A stretch of DNA of 64,000 nt, taken from NCBI GenBank assembly GCA_009914755.4, contig CP068257.2:6080001-6144000 (forward strand). The letters are read 5' to 3'. This document shows positions 32,901-53,095 of this stretch, one piece after another. This DNA comes from the human T2T-CHM13v2.0 reference genome, Homo sapiens. Under the pieces are notes generated by a model. The model saw only the letters and a program-made list of their open reading frames with translations, made no database searches and had not been told where the DNA came from. Made by a program: the position numbers and the translations under genes. Each line of letters begins with the position of its first letter. Positions within the stretch are counted from its first letter, which is position 1.

Positions 32901-35620
32901 ACAATGCCCCTGTAGGCAGAGCATACAGAAGAGTTGCATCACCTGGGTGATAAGTGCAGAGATATGTCACAATGTCCCCTGTAGGCAAAGCCTAGGCAAG
33001 AGTTACATCACCTTTGTCATCAGATCAGGGATATGTGTAAACACACCTGTAGGCCGAGCATAGAAAACAGTTACATCACCTAGCTGATCAGTGCAGAGAT
33101 ATTTCACAATATCCCCTGTAGGCAGATACTAGACAAGAGTTGAATCACCTCGGTGATCAGTGCAGAGATATTTCACAATGCCCCCTTTGGGCAGAGGGTA
33201 GACAAGATTTACATCACATAGGTGATCAGTGCAGAAGTTTGTCAACTTTCCCTGTAGGCAGTGCTTATAAAAATGTTACATCACATAAGTGATCAGTGCA
33301 GACATATCAGAAAGCTCCTGTAGGCAGAAGTTAGATGAGTTATATCACCTGGGTGATCAGTGCAAAGGTATGTCACAAAGCCCCCTGTAGGGAAAGCCTA
33401 GACAATAGTTATATCATTTGGATGATCAGTGGAGAGGTCTCTCACAATTTCCCTGTAGGCAGAGCTTATACAACAGTTGCATCACCTGGGTGATCAGTAC
33501 GGAGATATGTCACAATGCCCCCATACGCAGATCCAAGACAAGAGTCCGTCACATGGGTGATCAGTGCAGAAATATGTCACAATGCCCCCTTAGGCAGAGC
33601 CTAGACACAAGCCCAATCACCTGGATGATCAGTGCGGATTTATGTCACACAGTCCCTTTAGGCAGATCCTAGACAAGTGTTACATCGCTTGGATGATCAG
33701 TGAAGAGATATGTCACAATGCCACTGTAGGCAGAGCCTAGACAACAGTTACATGACCTAGGTGATCAGTGCAGAGATACTTCGCAATGCGGCTGTAGGCA
33801 GAGCATTGACAAGTGGTATATCACCTGTGTGATCGTTGCAGTGATATGTCACATAACACTCTGTAGGCAGATAGAAGAGAAGAGTTATATCACCTGGGTG
33901 ATCAGTGCAGAGATATGTCACAGGACCCCTGTAGGCAGAGCCTAGACAAGAGTTATATCACCTGGGTGATCAGAGTAGTGATATGTCACGATGCCTTGTA
34001 GCCAGAGCCAAGACTAAAGTTAAAGCACCTGGGAGATCTGTGCAGACATATGTCACAATGTCCCCAGTAGGCAGAGAGCAGGCAATAGTTGGATCACCTC
34101 GGTATCAGTGCAGAGATATGTCTGAATCCCCCTGTGGGCACAGCCTAGAAAAGAGTTACATCACCTCGGTTAACAGTGTAGAGATATGTCAAAATGCCCC
34201 TGTAGGCAGAGCCTACACAAGTGTTACATCACTTAGGTGATCAGTACAGAGATATGTCACAATACCCCCTTTAAGCAGAGCCTAGACAAGAGTTACATCA
34301 CCTGGGTGATCAGTGCAGAGATATGTGACAAGGCCCCTTTAATCAGAGCCTACACAATAGTTACATCACTTGAGTGATCAGTGCAGAGATCTGTCACAAT
34401 GCCCGTTTAGGCAGAGCTTAGACCAGAGTTACATCACCTGGGTGATCAGTGCAGAGATCTGTCACAATGCCCCTATTGGCAGAGGTTAGACCAGAGTTAC
34501 ATCACCTTGGTGATCAGTGCAGAAATATGACACAATGCCGCCAGTAGGCAGATATAGACAAGAGTTACATCAACTGCGTGATCACTGCAGAGAAATGTCA
34601 CAATGCCCCTCTAGGCAGAGCCTAGACAAGAGTCCCATCACCTGGGTGATCAATGCAGAGTTATGTCACAATGCCGCCTGTTGGCAGAGCCTACACAAGG
34701 GTTACATCACCTGGGTGATCAGTGCAGAGATGTGTCAGTAGACCCCTGAAGCCAGTGCCTAGACAAGAGTTACATCACCTGGGTGATCAGTGCAGTGACA
34801 TGTCACAATGTCCCTGTAGCCATATCCTTGACAAAAGTGACATCACCTGGGTGATCAGTGTGGAGATATGTCACAATATCTCCAGTAGGCAGAGCCTAGA
34901 CAAGAGTTACGTCACCTGGGTGATCAGGGCAGTGGTATGTCACAATGCCCCCTGTAACCAGATCCCAGACAAGAGTTGCATCACCTCGGTGATCAGTGCA
35001 GTGATATGTCTCAATGACCCCACTCGGTGAAGCCTATACAAGAGTTACATCATCTCGGTGATCAGTGCAGTGATATATTAAAATGCCCCTGTAGGCAGAG
35101 CCTAGACAAGTTTTATCACCTGCGTGATCAGTGCAGAGATATCTCACAATACCCCCTGTAAGCAGAGCCTAGACAAGAGTTACATCAGCTGGGTGATCAG
35201 TGCAGGAATATGACATAAATCCCACTATAGGCAAAGCCTACACAAGTTTTACATCACCTAAGTGATCAGTGCCGAGATATGTCACAAAGCTCCTGTTGAC
35301 AGAAGTCAGATGAGGTACATCACCTGGGTGATCTGTGCGAAGGTATGTCAAAAAGCCCCCTGTAGGCAAAGCCAAGACAATAGTTACATCACTTGGGTGA
35401 TCAGTGGCGAGTTCTCTCACAATTCCCCTGTAGGCAGAGCTTACACAACAGTTACATCACCAGGGTGATCAGTGTAGAGATATGTCACAATGTCCCCTGC
35501 AGGCGGAGCATAGAGAAGAGTTTCATCACCTGGGTGATCAGTACAGAGATATGTCACAATGTCCCCTGTAGGCAAAGCCTAGACAAGTGTTACATCACAT
35601 TGTTGATCAGTTCGGAGATG
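29930..35620 (+). repeat. Beta-satellite array
   Basis: 68-69 bp monomers. Confidence 0.9.
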
Positions 35621-36250
35621 TGTCATGCTGACTGTTTGCTCCTGGAGCTCTATGGGCACCAGGAAACATGCGGGGAAGGGTGGAAGACCGGCATGGTGCC
35701 TTCGCTCTCCTTGCTAGTTTCCAAACCGGCCACACTGCAGACTCCCCATGTTGCCACTCATGGGAATCCATCGTCAGGCCATCAAGCCGGGGAGGCATCT
35801 TCTCTCGGGGGTCTCACTCTGGTCTCCTACGTGGAAATAAAAGAGAGCCACACGCCTGCGTCTGTGAGACGGTCCCGGCAACGGCGACACCAAGAGGCAC
35901 TGCCTCCTTCATGGAGAGAGGGCCTGGAGCACTCCAGACTCCCACGGAGGTTCAGTTCCACACTCCCCTCCACCCTCCCTTGCTGGTTTCTCCCTGCTGA
36001 AGACGTGTGGGAGCCCAGAGAGCAGCTTCCAGTTCCCGCGGGATTCCTGGAGAGGTCCGGAGAGCAAGCCCCCGAAACGCGCCCCCTTCACCCCTTCCCC
36101 TTCGCCCCTTTCCTCTTCCTGTCTCCGGCCCCACCACTGCCATAACCAGGCCCACCCACCGCACCCCACCGCCCCCCGGCCGCAGGCCTCGAGGCCCTGG
36201 GTACCTTCCGTGGTGGGGCGGGCTGTCCGAGGGCTTGCCGCCATGCATGA

Positions 36251-37690
<1,440 letters not shown>

Positions 37691-38419
37691 GACAAGGGAT
37701 TGGGACGGGGTCGGGTCGGGACACGGCAGTGCCCTTTCTTTCGCGGGGAACAACTGGCTGGCTATGGAGGGGCATGTCTTCACCCCGCCCCCTCCACCAG
37801 ACTGACCAGCATGGGATTCCTGCCTTCTAGGTCTAGGCCCGGTGAGAGGCTCCACACAATGGAGAACTGCCATTATTTCCTGGGCATCCCGGGGATACCA
37901 GACCCGGAACAGGTACCAGCAGTTGGGTCGCCTACTGTGCACGCGCGGGTTTGCAGGCAGCCGGCTGGGCTGCGGGAGCAGCCCGGACAGAGCTCTCATG
38001 CCTTTCTACCACCATACCCCGCCTGACGAGCCCCTCCCCACCTCCACAACACACCCCCAGAAAATGCGTCCTCTCCTGGGCTGAGTGCATACCACCGTCC
38101 CGCGAAACACCGAGCACGCACAGCGTCCAGGCCTGAAACACATTCGGCAGCTCTACTCCTCTGTGCCTCTGCGCTGCCATCGCTGGCCTACCCGTGCCCC
38201 TGCAACCTCCCAGCTGCCACCAAGGAGCGCCTGGTGGTGGAACGCAGACATCTAGCTCTCTTTGCCGGCCTCCTGGCTCGACCTGCACTCATTGCCCACC
38301 CTGGGTGACGTGCAAGGGAGCCCTCTGGCCTCTCTGTGCCCTTGTCCATCTCTGAAACTCCGGCTGAGGCTCTCCCAACACCGTCCGACGCTCTTAAGTC
38401 AAAGTCTGGAGAATAGTTA

Positions 38420-41400
38420 CATCTCCTGGATGATCAGTTCAGAAATGTGTCACAATGCCGACTCCCTGCAGAGCCTAGAGAAGATTTGCATCATTTCCGT
38501 GATCAGTGCAGAGATATATCACAATGTCCCCTGTACAAAAAGCCTGGAAATGATTTACATCACCTCGGTGATCAGTGCGTAGGTATGTCAGAAATCCCCA
38601 GTAGGCTGAACCTAGACAAGGGTTCCATCACTTAGGTGATCAGTGTAGAGATATGTGAAAATTCCCGTGTAGACAGAGCCTAGACAAGTGTTACATCACC
38701 TAGTGATCAGTGCAGGGATAAGTTGTAAAGCCTCCTGTAGGCGGAGTGTAGACAAGTGTTTCCTCCCTGGGGTGATCAGTGCAAAGTTATGTCACAAAGC
38801 CCCTATAAGCAGAACTTTGACAAGGGTTACATCACCTGTTTGATCAGTGGAAATCTACATCACAAAGCCCCCTGTAGGCAAAGCCCTGACAATTGTTGCA
38901 TCACCTGGGTGAGAAGTGGAGAGATCTGTCACAATGCCCCTGTAGGCAGAGCTTAGACAAGGGTTACATCACCTGGATGATCAGTGCAGAGATATGTCAA
39001 AACGCTACTGTAGGCTGAACCTAGGAATGAGTTACATCAACTGGGTGATCAGTGCAGAGATATGTGAGAATTCCCGTGTAGGCAGAGTCTAGACAAGTGT
39101 TACATCACCTAGGTTATCAGTGCAGGTATAAGTCATGAAGCATCCTGTAGGCAGAGCGTAGACAAGAGTTCCCTCCGCAGAGTGATCAGTGTACAGATGT
39201 GTCACAAAGCCCCTGTAGGCAGAACCTAGACAAGAGTTTCATCACTTGGTTGATCAGTTCAGAGACGTGTCACAATGTCCATGTAGGCAGATCTAAGACA
39301 AGAGTCCATCACCTGGGTGATCAGTGCAGAGATATGTACCAATGTCCCCTGTAGGCAGTGCCTAGACAAGAGTTGCATCACCTCAGAGATCAGTGCACAG
39401 ATATGTCACAAAGCCTTCTGTAGGCAAAGCCCGTACAAGGCTTACATCACCTAGGTGTTCAGTGCAGTGATATGTCACAAAAGTCCCTGTAGACAGAGCC
39501 TAGAAAGAGTTACATCACCTGGGTGATCAGTGGAGATATTTGCCACAATGCCCCCATTGACAGAGCCTAGAAAAAGACTTCCATCACCTGGTTGATCACT
39601 GCAGAGATATGTCATAAAACGCCCTTTTGGCAGAGTATAGAGAAGAGTCCCATTACCTGGGTGATCAGTGCAGAGATATTTCACAATGCCCCCTGTAGGC
39701 AGAGAGTGGACAAGAGTTACATAACCTAGGTGATCTGTGCAGAGCTATGTCAAAATGCACCTGTAGGCAGAGCCTAGATAAATGTTACATCACCTGGGTG
39801 ATCAGTGCAGAGATACGTCACAATACCCCCTGTAGGTGAAGCCTAGGCAAGAGTTACATCACCTGGGTGATCAGTGCAGAGGTATGTCACAAAGCCCCTG
39901 TAGGCAGAGCCTAGACAAGACTTACATCACCTGGGTGATCAGTGCAGAGGTATGTCACAAAGCCCCTGTAGGCAGAGCCTAGACAAGAGTTACATCACCT
40001 GGGTGATCAGTGCAGAGATATGTCACAAATACCCCTCTAGGCAGAGTATAGAGAAGAGTCCCATCACCAGGGTGATCAGTGCAGAGATATTTCACAATGC
40101 CCCCTGTAGGCAGAGAGTGAACAAGAGTTACATAACCTAGTGATCTGTGCAGAGCTATGTCAAAACGCCCCTGTAGGCAGAGCCTAGATAAATGTTAGAT
40201 CAACTGAGTGATCAGTGCAGAGATACGCCACAATACCCCTGAAGGTGGAGCCTAGACAAGAGTTACATCACCTGGGTGATCAGTGCAGAAATATGTCACA
40301 AATCCCATGTAGGCCGAGCCTAGACAAGAGTTATATCTCCTGGGTGATCAGTGCAAAGACATGTCAGAAAGCCCCCTGTAGACAAATCCCAGAAAATTGT
40401 TGCAACACCAGCGTGATCAGTGGAGATATCTGTCACAATTCCCCTTTAGGAGGAGCTTAGACAAGCGTTCCATCACATAAGTGATCAGTGCAGAGATATG
40501 TCACTATGGCCCCATAGGCAGGTCCAAGACAAGACTCCATCACGTGGGTGATCAGTGCAGAAATATGCCACAATGCCGCCAGTAGGCAGATATAGACAAG
40601 AGTTTCATCACCTGCGTGATCACTGCAGAGTTATGTCACAATGCCCCTGTAGGCAGAACCTAGACAAGAGTCCCATCACCTGGGTGATCAGTGCAGAGTT
40701 ATGTCAAAATGCCGCCTTTTGGCAGAGCCTAGACAATGGTTACATCACCTGGGTGATCAGTGCAGAGATGTGTCACAAACCCCCTGTAGCCAGAGTCTAG
40801 ACAAGTGTTACATCAACTGTGTGATCAGTGCAGTGACATGTCACAATATCCCTGTAGCCATATCCTTGACAAAAGTGACAACACCTGGGTGACCAGTGAG
40901 GAGATATGTCACAATGTCTCCAGTAGTCAGAGCCTAGACAAGAGTTACATCACCTGGATGATCAGGCAGCGATATGTCACAATGCCCCCTGTAAGCATAT
41001 CCCAGACAAGAGTTGCATCACCTCGGTGATCAGTGCAGACATATGTCTCAATGCCCCCTGTCGGCGATGCCTATACAAGAGTAACATCATCACGGTGATC
41101 AATGCAGTGATATGTGAAAATGCCTCTGTAGGCAGAGCTTATACAAGAGCTACATCACCTGGGTGATCAGTGCAGAGATATCTCACAATACCCCCTGTAA
41201 GCAGAGCCTAGAAAAGAGTTACATCACCAGGGTGATCAGTGCAGAGATATGTCATAAATCCCACTGTAGGCAAAGCCTAGACAAATTTTACAGCACCTCA
41301 GCGATCAGTGCAGAGATATGTCCCAATATCCCTCTAGGCAGAGCTTAGAGAAGAGTCACATCTCCTGGGTGATCAGTGCAGAGATAAGTCACAATGCCCC

Positions 41401-44400
41401 CGTAGGCAGATCTTAGACAAGAGTTACATAACCCAGGTGATCCGCGCAGAGTGATGTCACAACGCCCTCTGTAGGCAGAGACTAGAAAAGAGTTACATCA
41501 CCTGGGTGATCAGTGCAGAGACATGTGAAAAGTCCCCTTTAAGCAGAGCCAAGACAATAGTTACATCACCTGAGTGATCAGTGCAGAGATCTGTCACAAT
41601 GCCCCTTTAGGCAGAGCTTAGACCAGACTTACATCACCTGGGTGATCAGTGCAGAGATATGTCACAATGCCCCCATAGGCAAATCCAAGACAGGAGTCCG
41701 TCACCTGGGTCATCAGTGCAGAAATACGTGACAAGGCCCCCAGTAGGCAGAGGCTTAAGAAGACTCCCATCACCTGGGTGATCAGTGCAGAGATATTCAA
41801 TAATATATCTGACCTGCAGGCAGAGCATAAGCAAGAGTTACATCACCTACATCATCAGTGCAGAGATATGTCACAAGGCCCCCTACAGGCAGAGCCTGGA
41901 CAAGAGTTACATCACCTCAGTGATCAATGCAGTGATATGTCACTATGCCCCGTAGGCAGAGGCTAGTCAAGCGTTGCATCACCTGGTAGATCAGTGCAGA
42001 GATATTTCACAAATACCCCATACAAGGAGCCTAGACAAGAGTCCCATCACCTGGGTGATCAGTGTAGAAATATGTCACAATGCCCCCATAGGCAGATCCA
42101 ACACAAGAGTTACATCACCTGGGTGATCATTGTAGAGATATTTCACAATGCCCACATAGGCAGAGCCTAGACAAAACTCCCATCACCTGGGTGATCAGTG
42201 AAGAGATATGTCACAAGCCCCCTGTAGGCAGAGCCTAGAAAAGAGTTATATCACCTGGGTGATCAGTGCAGTGATATGTCACAATGCCGTGTAGCCATAG
42301 CCAAGAATAAAGCAATAGCACCTGGGAGATCAGTGCAGAGATACGTCACAATGTTCCCAGTGGGCAGAGACCAGACAAGAGTTAGAACACTTCGGGATCA
42401 GCGCAGAGATATATCTCAATCCCACAGTGGGCACAGCCTAGACAATAGTTACATCACCTCGGTTAACAGTGCAGAGATATGTCAAAATGCCCCTGTAAGC
42501 AGAGCCTACACAAGTGTTACATCACTTAGGTGATCAGTGCAGAGATATGTCACAATACCCCCTGTAAGCAGAGCCTAGACAAGAGTTACATCACGTGGGT
42601 GATCAGTGCAGAGATATGTGACAAGGCCCCTTTAAGCAGAGCCTAGACAATAGTTACATGACCTGAGTGATCAATGCAGAGATCTGTCACAATGTCATTT
42701 TAGGCAGAGCTTAGACCAGAGTTACAACACCTGGCTGATCAGTGCAGAGATATGTCACAATGCCCCCATAGGCAAATCCAAGACAAGAGTCCGTCACCTG
42801 GGTGATCAGTTCAGAAATATGTGAGAATGACACCAGTAGTCAGAACTTAGAGAAGAGTCCCTTCACCTGGGTGATCAGTGCAGAGATATTTCACAAAGCC
42901 CCCTTTGGGCAGAGGGTAGACAAGAGTTACTTCACCTAGATGATCAGTGCAGAGATATGTCACAATGTCCCCTGTAGGCAAAGCCTAGGCAAGAGTTACA
43001 TCACCTTTGTCATCAGTTCAGGGATATGTGAAAACGGCCCTGTAGGCAGAGGCTAGACAAGAGTTACATCACCTCGGTTAACAGTGAAGAGATATGTCAC
43101 AATACCCCCTGTAGGCAGATACTAGACAAGAGTTGAATCACCTGAATGATCAGTGCAGAGATATTTCACAATGCCACCTTTGGGCAGAGGGTAGATAAGA
43201 GTTACATCACCTAGGTGATCAGTGCAGAGATTTGTAAAATTTCCCTGTTTACAGTGCTTATAAAATTGTTACATCACCTAAGTGGTCAGTGCAGAGATAT
43301 GTCACAAAGCTCCTGTAGGCAGAACTTAAAAGAGTGACGTCAACTGGGTGATCATTGCAAAGGTATGTCACAAAGCCCCTGTAGGCAAAGCCTAGACAAT
43401 ACTTACATCACTTGGGTGATCAGTGGCGAGATCTCTCACAATTCCCCTGTAGGCAGAACTTATACAACAGTTACATCACCTAGGTGAACAATGCAGTGAT
43501 TTGTCAAAATTCCCTGTGGGCAGTGCTTATAAAACTGTTACATCATCTAAGAGATCTGTGCAGAGATATGTCACAAAGCTCCTGTAGGCAGAACTTAGAT
43601 GACTTACATCAGCTGTGTAATCAGTGCAAAGGTATGACACAAAGCCCCCTGTAGGCAAAGCCTAGACAATAGTTACATCACTTGGGTGATCAGTGGCAAC
43701 ATCTCTCACAATTCCCCTGTAGGCAGAGCTTATACAACAGTTACATCACCTGGGTGCTCAGTGCAGAGATATGTCACAATGCCCCCATAGGCAGACCCAA
43801 GACATGAGTCCGTTACCTGGGTGATCATTGCAGAAATGTATCACAATGCCCCCTTAGGCAGAGCCTAGACAAAAGCCACAACACCTGGATGATCAGTGCA
43901 GATTTATGTCACAAAGTCCCTTTAGGCAGATCCTAGACAAGAGTTACATCACTTGGATGATCAGTGCAGAGATATGTCACAATGCCATTGTAGGCAGAGC
44001 TTAGACAAGAGTTACATGACCTAGGTGATCAGTGCAGACATACATCACAATCTCCCTGTAGGCAGAGCCTTGGCAAGTGGTACATCACCTGTGTGATCAT
44101 TGCAGGGATATGTCACAAAGCACCATGTAGGCAGATCCTAGAAAAGAGTTACATCACCTGGTTGATCAGTGCAGAGATATGTCAAAATGCCACTGTAGGC
44201 AGAGCCTAGATAAGTTACATGACCTAGGTGATCAGTGCAGATATATATCACAATGCCCCTGTAGGCAGAGCCTTGACAAGTGTTATATCACCTGGGTGAT
44301 CATTGCAGGGATGTCACAAAGCACCGTGTAGGCAGATCCTTGAGAAGAGTTATATCACCTGGGTGATCAGTGCAGAGATATGTCACAAGCCCCCTATAGG

Positions 44401-45430
44401 CAGAGCATAGACAAGAGTTATATCACCTGGGTGATCAGTGCAGTGATATGTCACAATGCCGTGTAGCCAGATCATAGACTAAAGTTACAGCACATGGGAG
44501 ATCAGTGCAGAGATATGTCACAATGTCCCCAGTAGGCAGTGACCAGGCAATGTCCACCTGTGGGCACAGCCTAGACAAGAGATACGTCACCTCGGTTAAC
44601 AGTGCAGAGATATGTCAAAAAGCCCCTGTAGGCAGATCCTACACTACTGTTTCATCACTTAGGTGATCAGTGCAGAGATATGTCACAATACTCCCTGTAA
44701 ATAGAGCCTAGACAAGAGTTACATCACCTGGGTCATCAGTGCAGAGATCTGTCACAATGCCCCTTTCGGGAGAGCTTAGACCAGGGTTACATCACCTGGG
44801 TGATCAGTGCAGAGATATGTCACAATGCCCCCATAGGCAAATCCAAGACAGTAGTCCATCACGTGGGTGATCAGGGCAGACATGTGTGACAATGTCCCCA
44901 GTAAGCAAAGCCTAGAGAAGGGACACATCACCTGGGTGATCAGTGCAGAGATATTTCACAATGCCCCTGCTGGCAGAGCGTAAACAAGAGTTACATCACG
45001 TAGATCATCAGTGCAGAGATATGTCACAAGGCCCCCTATACGCAGAGCCTGGACAAGTGTTACATCACCTCAGTGATCAATGCAGTGATATGTCACTATA
45101 CCCCGTAGGCAGAGCATAGTCAAGCGTTACATCATCTGGGTGATCAGTGCAGAGATATGTCACACAGCCCCCATACACAGAGCCTAGAAGAGTCCCAACA
45201 CCTGGGTCATCAGTGCAGAAATATGTCACAATGCCCCCGTAGGCAGATCCAACACAACAGTTACATCACCTGGGTGATCAGTGTAGAGATATGTCACAGT
45301 GGCCCCATAGGCAGAACCTTGACAAAAGTCCCATCACCTGGGTGATCAGCGCAGAGATATGTCGCAAAGCCCCTGTAGGCAGAGCCTAGAGAAGAGTTAT
45401 ATAACTTTGTTGATCAGTTCGGAGATATGT
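38420..45430 (+). repeat. Beta-satellite array
   Basis: 68-69 bp monomers. Near-identical adjacent monomers at 39865-40000. Confidence 0.9.
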
Positions 45431-46048
45431 CATGGTGACTGTTTGCTCCAGGAGATCTTCAGTCACCCTGAAACATGCACGGAAGGTTGGAAGTCCAGCA
45501 TGGTGCAATTGCTCTCCTTGCCAGTTTCCAAACTGGCCACACTGCAGACTCCCCATGTTGCCGCAAACGGGAATCCTTCATCAGACTATCACGCCGTGGA
45601 GGCATCTTATCTCTGGGGTCTCGCTGTGGTCTCCTACGTGGAAATGAATGAAAGCCACAGGCCTGCCTGTGTGAGACTGTCTCCGCACACACAGGCACTG
45701 CCTCATTCACGGAGAGAGGGCCTGGAACACTCCAGACTCCCATGGAGGTTCAGTTCCACACTCCCCTCCAACCTCCCAGGCCGGTTTCTCCCTGCTGAAG
45801 AAGCGTGGGAGCCCAGAGAGCAGCTTCCATTTCCCGTGGGATTCCTAGAGAGGTCCAGAAAGCCAGCCCCCGAAACGCGCCCCCCTCACCACTTCCTCCT
45901 CGCCCCCTTCCTCTTCGTCTCTCCGGCACCACCACCGCCATCACAACGCCCTCTCCCCACACCCCACCACCACCAGGCCGCAGGCCTCGACCACCTGGGA
46001 CCCTTCCGGTGTGGGGCGGTCTGTCCCAGGTCTCACCCCCATTCATGA

Positions 46049-47454
<1,406 letters not shown>

Positions 47455-48194
47455 GATGCGGTGTTGGGACGGGGTCGGGTCGGGGCAGGGCGGTGGCCTC
47501 TCTTTCGCAGGGAACACCTGGCTGGCTATGGAGGGGCGTGTCTTCCCCCCACCCCCTCCACCGGGCTGACAGGCCTGGGATTCCTGCATTCTAGGACTAG
47601 GCCAGGTGAGAGACTCCACACAGCAGAGAACTGCCATTCTTTCCTGGGCATCCCAGGGATCCCAGAGCCGGCCCAGGTACCAACAGGTGGGGCGCCTACT
47701 GTGCATGCGAGGGTTTGCTGGCAGCCGCCTGAGCTGTGGGAGCAGCCCGGGCAGAGCCCTCATGCCTTTCCACCACCCCACTAAGGCCTGACCACCCCCA
47801 CCCCACCCCCACACCCACCCCCGGAAATTGTGTCCTCCCCTGGGCTGGGTGGAGACCCCCGTCCTGCGAAACACCGGGCCAGCGAAGCATCCAGGCCTGA
47901 CACCCCTCTGGCGGCTCGCCTCCTCTGTGCCTCTATGCCACCGTCGCCAGCCCGCCCCTACCCCTGCAACCTCCCAGCTGCCACCATGGAGTGCCTGGCG
48001 GCCGAACGCAGACCTCTAGCCGTCTTTGCCGGCCTCCTGGCTAGACCTGTGCTCATTGCGCACCCTGGCTGACCTGCAAGGGAGACCGCTGGCCTCTCTG
48101 TGCCCTTGTGCGTCCATGAAATTCCGGCTGAGGCTCTCCCAACACCTTCTGAAGCTCTTTAGTCAAAGCCTGGAGAATTTTTACATCTCCTGGA

Positions 48195-48670
48195 TGATCG
48201 GTTCAGAAATATGTCACAATGCCCCCTCCCTGAGGAGCCTAGAGAAGATTTGCATCATTTGGTTGATCAGTGCAGAGATATATCACAATGTCCCTTGTAC
48301 AAAAATGCTGGAAATGATTTACATCACCTCGGTGATCAGTGCATAGGTATGTCAGAAATACCCAATAGGCTGAACCTAGAAAAGGGTTACATCACTTAGG
48401 TGATCAGTGTAGAGATTTATGAAAATTCCCGTGGAGACAGAGCCTAGAGAAGTGTTACATCACCTAGTGATCAGTGCAGGGATATGTTGTAAAGCCTCCT
48501 GTAGGCAGAGTGTAGACAAGTGTTTCCTCCCTGGGGGGATCAGTGCAGAGTTATGTCACAAAGCCCCTGTAAGCAGAACCTTGTCAAGGGTTACATCACC
48601 TGTTTGATCAGTGGAAATGTATATCACAAACCCCCTGTAGGCAAAGTGCAGACAATTGTTACATCACCCT
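48195..48670 (+). repeat. Beta-satellite: the shared downstream flank of the D4Z4-like units, plus orientation
   Basis: Same monomer variants as those that follow every plus copy, for example gtttgatcagtggaaatgtatatcacaaa. Confidence 0.85.
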
Positions 48671-50284
48671 GTAGGGGGGTATTGTGACATATCTCTGCAC
48701 TGATCGCTCAGTTGATCTAATATTTATCTAGGCTCTGCCTACAGGGGCGTTTTGACATAGCTCTGCACAGATCACTAGGTTATGTAACTCTTGTTCACTC
48801 TCTGCCTACAGGGGGCATTGTGAAATATCTCTGCACTGATCACCCAGGTGATGGGACTCTTCTCTATACTGTGCCTTGAGGGGTATTTGTGACATATCTC
48901 TGCACTGATCACCCAGGTGATGTAACATTTATCTAGGCTCTGCCTACAGGGGCGTTTTGACATAGCTCTGCACGGATCACCTAGGTTATGTAACTCTTGT
49001 CCACTCTCTGCCTACAGGGGGCATTGTGAAATATCTCTGCACTGATCACCCAGGTGATGGGACTCTTCTCTATACTCTGCCAAAAGGGCGATTTGTGACA
49101 TATCTCTGCACTGATCGCCCAGGTGATGGAAGTATTTTCTAGGCTCTGTCTATGGGGGCATTGTGTCAAATATCTCCACTGATCACCCAGGTGATGTAAC
49201 TCTTTCTAGGCTCTGTCTACAGGGATTTTTGTGACATATCACTGCACTGAACACCTAGGTGATGTAAGCCTTGTACGGGCTTTGCCTACAGAAGGCTTTG
49301 TGACATATCTGTGCACTGATCTCTGAGGTGATGCAACTCTTGTCTAGGCACTGCCTACAGGGGCTATTGGTACATATCTCTGCTCTGATCACCCAGGTGA
49401 TAGACTCTTGTCTTAGATCTGCCTACATGGACATTGTGACACATCTCTGAACTGATCAACCAAGTGATGAAACTATTGTCTAGTCTCTGCCTACAGGGGC
49501 TTTGTGACACATCTCTGCACTGATCACCCTTGGGAAGGAACTATTGTCTACGCTCTGCCTACAGGAGGCTTCATGACTTATACCTGCCCTGATAACCTAG
49601 GTGATGTAACAATTGTCTAGACTCTGCCTACACGGGAATTCTCACATATCTCTGCACTGATCACCCAGTTGATGTAACTCATTCCTAGGTTCAGCCTACA
49701 GGAGCGTTTTGACATATCTCTGCACTGATCACCCAGACGTTGTAACCCTTGTCTAAGCTCTGCCTACAGGGGCATTGTGACAGATCTCTCCACTGCTCAC
49801 CCAGGTGATGTAACAATTGTCTGGGCTTTGCCTACTGGGGGTTTGTGATATACATTTCCACTGATCAAACAGGTGATGTAACCCTTGTCAAGGTTCTGCT
49901 TACAGAGGCTTTGTGACATAACTCTGCACTGATCACCCCAGGGAGGAAACACTTTTCTACACTCTGCCTACAGGAGACTTTACAACTTATCCCTGCACTG
50001 ATCACTAGGTGATGTAACACTTGTCTAGGTTCTGTCTACACGGGAATTTTCACATATCTCTACACTGATCACCTAAGTGATTTAACCCTTGTCCATGTTC
50101 AGCTTACTGGGGATTTCTCACATACGTATGCACTGATCACCGAGGTGATGTAAATCATTTCCAGGCTTTTTGTACAGGGGACATTGTGATATATCTCTGC
50201 ACTGATCACCCAAATGATGCAAATCTTCTCTAGGCTCCGCAGGGAGGAGGCCTTGTGACACATTTCTGAACCGATCATCCAGGA

Positions 50285-50285
<1 letters not shown>
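48670..50285 (-). repeat. Beta-satellite, minus orientation, after the orientation switch
   Basis: Monomers are now ctgcactgatcacc... There is a ~205-bp (3-monomer) tandem duplication at 48745-49155. Confidence 0.9.
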
Positions 50286-53094
<2,809 letters not shown>

Positions 53095-53095
<1 letters not shown>

